Source of the DNA: a virus
Length of the DNA: 64,000 nucleotides
Virus record (IMG/VR): IMGVR_UViG_3300042197_004918
Location: 109,818 to 173,817 of that record
Strand: one strand, 5' to 3'
Numbering within the stretch: the stretch's first letter is position 1; every line of letters begins with the position of its first letter. The position numbers and the translations under genes were made by a program. The notes under the pieces were generated by a model. It was not told the DNA's origin. It did no database searches and saw only the letters and a program-made list of their open reading frames with translations. This document shows positions 56,149 to 64,000 of the stretch, piece after piece.

Positions 56149-56655
56149 ATGAAACTAATAGATTTGATAAAGTCGGTTGATTTGGAGAAGGTATATCTAT
56201 ACATATCCAAGATGGATGAGGATGGAACGGAGTCTGATATAAAGGATGTCCGTAGGTGTTACGGAAAGACCGTCGAAGAGATGTTGTCCAATACCACCGT
56301 GGCGACAACCGACGTAATTCTTGTCAAAAATGAAGTCGATTGGTATTACGACTACTTGATTGAAAATCCCGAAGAAACAAAAAAGACTACGGATGTAAAA
56401 TATCTTCCGGATGGAACACTGGACAAAAACCATTACACATACATAAACATCAACTTGAAGGATTCGTCGGGAGAGGAAACCGGAATCGGGAACCAGCCGT
56501 GGGCAGAATTGATTTCTATGGAAATAGAAAACACTGTCGGGCTTTCTAACGAGGCATTGCTTGGAGAAATTTTGTGGGAAATCACCTTCCACGGATTTTC
56601 TGAAATTAAGGTCAAGAATTTCTGGGAAGACCTTTCGAGAAACGTTCCTCAATAA
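56149..56655 (+). CDS. hypothetical protein
   Basis: PW..L..LWEITF.GF. Confidence 0.65.
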   Translation: MKLIDLIKSVDLEKVYLYISKMDEDGTESDIKDVRRCYGKTVEEMLSNTTVATTDVILVKNEVDWYYDYLIENPEETKKTTDVKYLPDGTLDKNHYTYININLKDSSGEETGIGNQPWAELISMEIENTVGLSNEALLGEILWEITFHGFSEIKVKNFWEDLSRNVPQ

Positions 56656-56698
56656 AACAAGTCATTGACATTCACGGTATCCATGATAGAGTGGTTAC

Positions 56699-57103
56699 AT
56701 GGACCGTATCATACAAAACGCAGTTAAGATAACCGAAGACGGTGTAGTGACTTACTTGATTTCTGCCAACAGACATCATTACGATAAATACACCTTCAAG
56801 GATGGTTCTTATATAGCTGTTGATGGGGGAAACGATTATATCCGACGGGGTTTTGGTGGTGACACCGAATCAAAGGACATTGAAGATTACAACTTGTCCG
56901 ATACATCCACAAAACAGGAAGTTCTTGACAAACTTTTGTGGGGAACTTTGGGGGAAAACCGAAAGGGGCCGCTCCGTTACGTTCCCATATCAACGCTTAC
57001 ACAACAGCACCTTAGAAACATTCTACGGGATGACCTTTACGGGAAATTTTCGTATCCTCTCTCCGCGATTCACAAAACGGCAATTCAATCCTTAATACAA
57101 TGA
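56699..57103 (+). CDS. hypothetical phage protein
   Basis: AVDGG.DY.RR, WGT.G. Confidence 0.7.
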   Translation: MDRIIQNAVKITEDGVVTYLISANRHHYDKYTFKDGSYIAVDGGNDYIRRGFGGDTESKDIEDYNLSDTSTKQEVLDKLLWGTLGENRKGPLRYVPISTLTQQHLRNILRDDLYGKFSYPLSAIHKTAIQSLIQ

Positions 57104-57573
57104 AATTCTTTTCAAAAGCCAAAGAGATACGGTCTAGGACAGGAGAACTCCATTTCGAGAGATTTGCTGTGGTGGAACTTCCGTTCTTCGCCATCTATAT
57201 TCACAGAATTCATAAAGCGGATAAAGATCCGCACCTTCACAGTCATCCGTGGAATTTCGCTACAGTCACATTGAAGGGAAGGTATCTTGAGAAATACCTA
57301 AGCACCGACCTCTTTTGTGAAAATCAGGAGGTTGAACGATTGAAACGTCCCGGTTCATTTGCAACTGCGAACAGAAACTATTTCCACAAGATTGAAGAAA
57401 TTTTAGATGGGCCGGTTCACACTTTGTTTGTGACGTGGGGGTTTTCTAAAAATTGGCACTATCTTGTAAATGACAGTAGGATCGAATCCTCGACCTACAG
57501 GCACCTAAAACATTCAGCAATACCGAACGACGTTAATACCGCCGTAAGTGGAAGCAATTATTCTATAAAATGA
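57100..57573 (+). CDS. cupin-like protein
   Basis: HLHSHPW, FHKI, TLF. Confidence 0.6.
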   Translation: MKFFSKAKEIRSRTGELHFERFAVVELPFFAIYIHRIHKADKDPHLHSHPWNFATVTLKGRYLEKYLSTDLFCENQEVERLKRPGSFATANRNYFHKIEEILDGPVHTLFVTWGFSKNWHYLVNDSRIESSTYRHLKHSAIPNDVNTAVSGSNYSIK

Positions 57574-58358
57574 AAACAATTCGACAGAACGCATTTGAAA
57601 CGAACAGCAGTTCAACCCACAGTATCACCATAAATGATAAGTCTGGTGTGTTTGAAAGTATTTCTCCCGACTACGACGGAGTGATCCGTCTTACGGGTGG
57701 AGAGTTTGGTTGGGGGTGGTCTAAACACGACGATGCTGTAACCAAGGCCAATTACTGTGCCGTGGTCGCTTTGGACGATGAATTCAAGACTCAACTCTTG
57801 ATTGATACGATTAAGAATCACACTGGTGCTAAATCCGTGGAGATTATCTGTAGTTCCGATTGGGATGACGATAACCGTTCTTATATTGACCATCAGAGTC
57901 ATGGTCGTGCAGAACTTGCGTTCTCGAATGAAGATACTCTCAAGAACTTTATTTTCGACAGGAAGAGCGTATTGTTCCTCGGTAACGATAATGGTGGAGA
58001 ACCGCCTAATTTCTACGATATGGATGTTGATAAGATGTCTCACGTTGTAGAGCTTGAGGGTTCTTCTGGGAAATACTACATGCATCCAGAAAATATAACT
58101 GACAGAACTAAGGTGTGGGATGCGGTTATGTCTGTTTATGAACAGGGAAGCGCCTATTCCGGTGAAAGGTTTGGTTCCGAAGGACGTTCTTGGGAAGTAG
58201 ATTGGCGTAGGGGAATTGATATGGATTCCAAGACACTTAAATTACACAAAACTAAGCCCGTGTATTCCGATGGTGACGACCGCCGATGGTTGAGAACCGA
58301 AGTTCTCGACGAAATGTATTTGAGGTTCACAATCAGAAACCGATTTCAGAAAAAATAA
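57570..58358 (+). CDS. hypothetical phage protein (FETNSSSTHS motif)
   Basis: IR...FETNSSSTHS, YIDHQS, GNDN. Confidence 0.75.
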   Translation: MKTIRQNAFETNSSSTHSITINDKSGVFESISPDYDGVIRLTGGEFGWGWSKHDDAVTKANYCAVVALDDEFKTQLLIDTIKNHTGAKSVEIICSSDWDDDNRSYIDHQSHGRAELAFSNEDTLKNFIFDRKSVLFLGNDNGGEPPNFYDMDVDKMSHVVELEGSSGKYYMHPENITDRTKVWDAVMSVYEQGSAYSGERFGSEGRSWEVDWRRGIDMDSKTLKLHKTKPVYSDGDDRRWLRTEVLDEMYLRFTIRNRFQKK

Positions 58359-59169
58359 AGTTATGGCACTATACGGAAGAGGAAAATATCCATTTATCGA
58401 CTTAATCAACAAATTCGTTGGTAAGCCGCATGTTCAGGCATATCTCGTATACAAGAGAAATAAGTGGTTTGACGAAGACTTGTTCGACAAACCCAAAAAG
58501 TGTTGCGTCGAACAATGGTTGTATAACGAAGGCGCGAACGAAATCAGCAGAGAACTTAGTGGGTTTGTCGCCGGCATGACTTTTAATGAAAAACCTTACC
58601 CAGATGTGGACCAAGTTATAGCTCAACAAGAGTTGTTTACAGAAATTTGTAAAATTTGGAATGATATGGAGACGAGTGGCGCATGGGATAAAGACGAAGA
58701 ATGGGCACATAAATCCGATATGGTCAGTAGTCGAATATGAAACCTATGTTAAACATAGTAGAAGTTGATAAACAGATTCAAACCGTAAACGCCAGGTATG
58801 CCAAGGGTTACGAGGGCACACTTGACTTTAACTTCGGATATATTACCGCACTAAAAACCCACAATCTAATCTCTGAAAGGGATTATGAAAATTTACTATT
58901 GGTTCACGCCAGTCCTAAAAACGCAGATTGTAGATACAGCATTTCTAAATCGGGGAAATTAATAGACTACGAAAGTTAGGTGTTGACTTTATTTAATCCT
59001 CCAGATACAGTGTTATCTGTGAGTGAAAACCATATAGGTCAGAAAGCTTGGAACCGATTAAGTCGGAAGCAGAAACTCGCCATCGTGAAGAACCGAGACT
59101 CTGGGAGAAAATTGTTTGAATCCTTCTCCAAAGAAAGGTTTGCCCGTCTCTACCCAAATTCAAAGAAAA

Positions 59170-60084
59170 ATGGAACTCCTTAACAAATACAAAAACGGCA
59201 ATTACACCGTCAGCATCTTTGATGATGGAACAAAGGAACGAGAGTTTGAGGAAACTCCGAATCCAGTTTGGCCAGAGTCTATGGATGTTAAAGTGACGGA
59301 TTACTGTGATGCTGGATGTAAATTTTGCCATGAAATGTCCACTACGTCGGGCAAAGAAGGCAACTTGAACGTCGGGTTGAATCTATTTCGAGATTTACCC
59401 GCAGGAACAGAAATCGCAATTGGCGGTGGAAACCCTCTCTCTTGGGGAGGATTGGATAGATTTGTTTCCACGATGTCGGATCGTGGTGTTATATGCAACA
59501 TGACCGTGAACAGCGTTCATGTTAAACGATATGATTCACGAATCGGATGGTTCACCGATGGACAAAAGGGATTTAATAAGGGCAAAATTCACGGATTAGG
59601 TTTGAGTTATTTTAAACCACTTTTCAAGGATTGCCTCGAAATCACTAAAGTCGTTCCACACGTCGTTTTCCACCTTATTATGGGAATTCATACGCTCGAG
59701 GATTTAGACCTCATTGCGTCACGGGTTAGTAACCCCAAGGTTTTGTTGCTTGGATATAAACAGTATGGTCGGGGAGAGAACTTTTATTCAAAGGCAGTGT
59801 CCGATAACATCCAACAGTGGTATTACCGGTTACACGAGTTTTTCCGTAAAGACGGATTAACTATCAGCTTCGATAACCTTGGGATTAAACAAATGAATCT
59901 CAAACGGTTCTTTAACAAGGAAGAATGGGAAAAGTTTTACATGGGTGATGATGGGAAGTTCACTTGTTACGTTGACTTGGTGAAGAAACAGTATGCGACT
60001 TCATCAACGTCGAAGGAACGATTTGATATTCTACCGGAAGATACCACACAGTCTATATTTAAACGAATTCGTAATGAACAATAA
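59170..60084 (+). CDS. radical SAM protein
   Basis: CDAGCKFCHE, GGGNP; start reassigned to MELLNKY. Confidence 0.85.
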   Translation: MELLNKYKNGNYTVSIFDDGTKEREFEETPNPVWPESMDVKVTDYCDAGCKFCHEMSTTSGKEGNLNVGLNLFRDLPAGTEIAIGGGNPLSWGGLDRFVSTMSDRGVICNMTVNSVHVKRYDSRIGWFTDGQKGFNKGKIHGLGLSYFKPLFKDCLEITKVVPHVVFHLIMGIHTLEDLDLIASRVSNPKVLLLGYKQYGRGENFYSKAVSDNIQQWYYRLHEFFRKDGLTISFDNLGIKQMNLKRFFNKEEWEKFYMGDDGKFTCYVDLVKKQYATSSTSKERFDILPEDTTQSIFKRIRNEQ

Positions 60085-60308
60085 CATAATCCATTGTTGC
60101 ACCTGCGGTAAGCAAGTCATTAGTTGGTGTAAACCTTCGAGATTCGATAAGGAAGTCACAACTATGGAAGGTGCTAAAGCAGCTTTCAATCGAAACGAAG
60201 TGTTTTGTGGATATTGTGCAGAGGAATTGGATGAAAATGGGTTGTTTCCAGATGAAAGATGTGAATAAACCGATTGACTTTCTTGGAAGGTGTAATAGAA
60301 TCTTAGAT

Positions 60309-60575
60309 ATGAGTAAACAACCGAGAGATAAAGTATTGACCACCCACACGTTTGTATTCAATGACCGTGATAATAGCGGCGAGGGGCTTTCCATTGATAC
60401 CTCCTTTCTGGATAATGGTGACGATAAAGATAATATCTATTTGAATCAACGGATTACTCTCCAAAGTTACTGTAACTCAGCGTCTTTCGAGCTGTTCGGT
60501 GCGTGTCTCACTTCCGAAAAACTTCGTAAGTTGGCCGATGAGTTGGATTCGCAAAAAGCAAAACTAACACGTTAA
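60309..60575 (+). CDS. hypothetical protein
   Basis: ATG 7 nt after TTGACT-N16-TAGAAT. Confidence 0.65.
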   Translation: MSKQPRDKVLTTHTFVFNDRDNSGEGLSIDTSFLDNGDDKDNIYLNQRITLQSYCNSASFELFGACLTSEKLRKLADELDSQKAKLTR

Positions 60576-60826
60576 TATGAATATATCAGACAGTATTAAG
60601 GCGTCGTGGCCGGCACACCAATTTTTCATCCGGCGTGAAATCTGGGAACAGTTGGTTGTAAATCCAGAGCAACTCAAGTATCCATGGCGTATTACCTTAC
60701 TGTCAGATTATGTCGTTGACCGATGTGGGAAATTAGTGAAATCCAGAACATCGAAACTAAAAAAGAGATTTACTGCAAAAGATATTCGCAATTTCGATGG
60801 CGTCATAATCAACAACATCAATTAAT

Positions 60827-61666
60827 ATGGACAAATTCTCAAAAGACCCGCTGGGCGAAAGAATGAAAGGACAGTATGAAGTCCGTTCAAGACAGCTTCT
60901 TCCTCGACGGACATATACCATCATTAGATTAGATGGTAAGGCTTTCCACACTTATACCCGTGGTTTGAACAAACCATTTGATAGGGATTTAATTGATGAC
61001 ATGGACGCAGCCGTGGTAAAGATTTTACCGGAAATCCAAGGTGCTCAGTTCGCATACGTTCAGAGTGATGAAATCAGTATTCTTTTGACCGACTTTGCTA
61101 AGGAGAACACCGACGCTTGGTTCGATGGAAATGTGCAGAAGATGGTGAGTGTGTCAGCGTCTCTGATGACGGCTTATTTTAACAGAGAAAGATATTTGAG
61201 ATGTGGAAACGGTCACAGTGCAGCTCAACCGACTGCTGACTTGGATACCATCGAAGATATGCCGTTGGCCACATTCGATTCTCGGGTGTTCACAATCCCA
61301 GATAGGATTGAGGTTATGAATTACTTCATCTGGAGAAACAATGATGCTGCCCGTAATTCTATTTCAATGGTCGCACAGAGTCTTTACAGTCACAAAGAAC
61401 TCCACGGTAAATCTTCTTCTGACAAACAGGAGATGATTTTCAGAAAAGGAATCAATTGGAGTGAATATGATAAGTCTCTCAAAAACGGACGACTGATTGT
61501 CCGAGAGGAATATCGGATAGATAATCCGTGTTGTGAGATAAATTTATCAGACGGAAAACCATCCGAACCGATGATGAGAACGAAGTGGTCAGTTAAATCC
61601 GCAGAAAAATTCACCCAATCAAAAGATTCGTTGTTAAGCATGATACCTACTTATGAGAATTCCTAA
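60827..61666 (+). CDS. tRNA(His) guanylyltransferase Thg1 / TLP family
   Basis: RLDGKAFH, QSDEIS, FDSR, Y..WR.DA.RNS, KGINW. Confidence 0.93.
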   Translation: MDKFSKDPLGERMKGQYEVRSRQLLPRRTYTIIRLDGKAFHTYTRGLNKPFDRDLIDDMDAAVVKILPEIQGAQFAYVQSDEISILLTDFAKENTDAWFDGNVQKMVSVSASLMTAYFNRERYLRCGNGHSAAQPTADLDTIEDMPLATFDSRVFTIPDRIEVMNYFIWRNNDAARNSISMVAQSLYSHKELHGKSSSDKQEMIFRKGINWSEYDKSLKNGRLIVREEYRIDNPCCEINLSDGKPSEPMMRTKWSVKSAEKFTQSKDSLLSMIPTYENS

Positions 61667-61968
61667 ACAAAAATACTTCGTCACGTTCGACCCAAAAGAA
61701 CTTATTATATGGGGAGTTGGGTTGTCTGTAAGTGGATCTATGTCAGACGCGGCAGTAAATCTCTCAGACCAGGGGTTGATTTGCTGAAAACTAAAACCAT
61801 CCAGTGTGGTAAGGATTTCTTTACAACCGTATATGAAGACGGTCACTGTAAAGACATGACATGGGCAATAGTGAACGGCACACCATCCTTTATCCACGAA
61901 GACCTTTTTATCGGAAATATTCAATCGACCAAGTTTAGAAAGAAAACCTTTACCATTGAGAGGCCACG

Positions 61969-62181
61969 ATGAAGACAGAATTTAGGATCGTATTTAACGG
62001 ACACATCTTCAAGATTCAAAAAAAAGTAAAAAGTCAATTCTATGTGCCGTTTATTATTGACAAATATCTTTGGATAGACGTAGGACTTCACGGTTATGGA
62101 ACAATCTTTGAGGCCCGTTCGTATTTGGCCTCTCTCGAAAACCACGAAGAGAAATTAACCGATTGGAAGGTGGTAGAATGA
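61969..62181 (+). CDS. small protein, paralog A
   Basis: FRI..NG..FKIQ..W.D.G..KLTDW. Confidence 0.6.
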   Translation: MKTEFRIVFNGHIFKIQKKVKSQFYVPFIIDKYLWIDVGLHGYGTIFEARSYLASLENHEEKLTDWKVVE

Positions 62182-62405
62182 AATTCAGAATAATGACCAA
62201 CGGAATCAAATTTAAGATTCAAAGAAGTTCCGTGGAAGGAATCTTCTTCAAAGAAGAAGTTTGGAACGATTTGGGACGTCCGGTGCTAGGTTGTTCAGCG
62301 ATTTTCACAAAGTATTATGACACGCTGAGTGATGTCAGAGTTGATTTTGATAAATTCGTAGAACATGACCGCAAGTTGACGGAGTGGACGGAGGTAAGCG
62401 TATGA
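62178..62405 (+). CDS. small protein, paralog B
   Basis: FRI..NG..FKIQ..W.D.G..KLTEW. Confidence 0.6.
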   Translation: MKFRIMTNGIKFKIQRSSVEGIFFKEEVWNDLGRPVLGCSAIFTKYYDTLSDVRVDFDKFVEHDRKLTEWTEVSV

Positions 62406-63395
62406 TACCCGTCGAAGGAGAAAAACATCTGCCAAAATATCTCGTCAAACACGCGAGAGATTTCTGTGAAAGTATCAATGCCATTGAAATCCATAACATC
62501 GCGGGGCTTGGAGAAGGTGATTACAGAATCATGTATTGGATAATGGAAGGCGAGAAGAGAAAAATGGAAGCAATCATATTGAGAGTTCCACACCAAGACT
62601 AACCTATGGACGAAATCAAATATAAACACCGCTGGAACGAGATTGACGAGAGATTCAATAAGTGGTTTGTTGGAGACTCTTGGGATAAACAGGTAAAGTT
62701 TCTGTCCACCGAGATTAGCGACGCCTTCGCTCTCTCCAAAAAACAGGTCAAAGACATTTTCGTTACTTTCCACGAAGTTTATAGAGAAAACCGAACTATC
62801 AGTTTTAATTGGAAAGACTATCAATTTCCAACACTGGTAGCTATAACCGCAAATTACGTTAAATTCAAAAAATAATACCACTATGCTAATAATAGATGTA
62901 AACACGGAAAGTATGTATCGGTCGTATGTAAATTGTATGACGGATATAATTTGGGACAATACTCGTTCAGGTGGAGTTGTCACAGACGGCACAAATGAAT
63001 TCAAACATATGGTGGAGTGCCTTTGTTATGAAAGATTTGAAGAGATTCGAGAAATGTTTAAAGATGGTTATACCCGTATGTTGATTCCAGAGGTTATGGA
63101 TTGGATTGACAATTCCACCGAAGTTGATATTATGTTAAGAGTGTTCGGAAGGAACGGTGTCCTTTTGGGAGCATTAACAAAGTCACAACTCAGCTATTGA
63201 ACATATGTCAAATGGAAAGGGAGACAGTCCGAGAAACTGTTTCAGCAAAAAATTCAAGGATAACTACGACGCCATTAACTGGGGTAGAGCTAAAACCATT
63301 GATGAATACTGTGGTTCTCCGGAAGGCACTTTCAAGAAGTTTGTTAAAGAGCAATCCGAATTAGAGAAATTTAACCTCAATCGGAACCGAAAGTT

Positions 63396-63680
63396 ATGAA
63401 CTGTGTGTTCTGCAAAAGAGACGTTACCACTCGTGGCCACCACATAGTTCCGAAATGTAAGGGTGGAAAAGAAATCGTGGAAGCGTGTGAATCTTGTGAA
63501 GACTTCATTCACAACACATGGACACACAACGAGTTACGTGACATTTACAATAACGTAGAAACCATAGTGAACAACGAAAAGTTCTCTAAATTTTTGAAGT
63601 GGTTATTGAAACAACCAAAGGATACAGTATTTAAGTCTTCTATATCAAACAATAGAACACGTAAGGGTAAATATACATGA
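63396..63680 (+). CDS. small HNH-like nuclease
   Basis: CxxC..HHIVPK..GG...CxxC..FIH. Confidence 0.75.
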   Translation: MNCVFCKRDVTTRGHHIVPKCKGGKEIVEACESCEDFIHNTWTHNELRDIYNNVETIVNNEKFSKFLKWLLKQPKDTVFKSSISNNRTRKGKYT

Positions 63681-64000
63681 CACTAAACGCACTACCAACC
63701 CCCGCAGCTTATACCACAGACGAGGTCCGAGATATGTATCTCAACCACATGAGAGTTCTGGTTGATTATTGGCACAACGAATCTCGGTGTGAGACTGAAC
63801 GTGAACGTATGGAAGGATTAGTGTTCAGTATCCTTGTGATGTTAGACGGTGGTTCAGCTTCGTTGCCCTCGGTTGACCTTTGTTTGTCTCCTCATCCAAC
63901 TGATAAAGAATATTTGACTTCCATTGGAGAAAAACACTTTGAGGCCGGTATGATAATCAACAACTGCCAATTACACGAACTTTGGTTTAAGAAAAAATAA
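63677..64000 (+). CDS. hypothetical protein
   Basis: 107 aa ORF ending at the window edge. Confidence 0.65.
   Translation: MTLNALPTPAAYTTDEVRDMYLNHMRVLVDYWHNESRCETERERMEGLVFSILVMLDGGSASLPSVDLCLSPHPTDKEYLTSIGEKHFEAGMIINNCQLHELWFKKK

Noticed and set aside
58737-59183. Amber read-through fusion of 58737-58979 with the in-frame downstream ORF
   Set aside because: A sigma70-like promoter (TTGACT-N17-TACAGT at 58983) suggests the second ORF starts independently at about 59019.
62315-63004. 229-aa minus-strand ORF
   Set aside because: Antisense shadow of several tightly packed plus-strand genes.
1-64000. Genome-wide TAG reassignment (code 15)
   Set aside because: Conserved enzymes are full length in code 11 and several genes end at TAG immediately before the next gene.

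Overview
A 64 kb segment of a large (jumbo-type) dsDNA phage genome in standard code 11. Positions 1-7.9 kb are on the minus strand and encode a dTTP-supply module (ThyA, DHFR, dCMP deaminase). The rest is mostly plus strand. It carries probable virion and injected proteins, a ~12 kb RNA island (14.9-26.8 kb), an NAD+ salvage set (NMNAT-Nudix, NAMPT, PRPP synthetase), RNA/tRNA maturation and repair enzymes (CCA-adding enzyme, Thg1, RNA ligase, Pth2, RlmN-like radical SAM), a CoaD-CoaE fusion and DNA ligase. The RNA island holds about 28 tRNA or tRNA-like genes, many atypical: an amber suppressor, 8/4 Ser tRNAs, short-arm Leu tRNAs and odd anticodon loops. It also holds a minimal RNase P RNA, a ~960 nt GOLLD-like ncRNA, three antisense endonuclease genes ending inside tRNAs, and several unexplained structured RNAs. 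The most striking of these are two independent ~230-270 nt RNAs that reproduce the 23S rRNA GTPase-associated centre (H43/H44, the uL11/thiostrepton site) with a large structured insert. All RNA structures were read by eye and all protein calls are from motif recognition, with no database searches.
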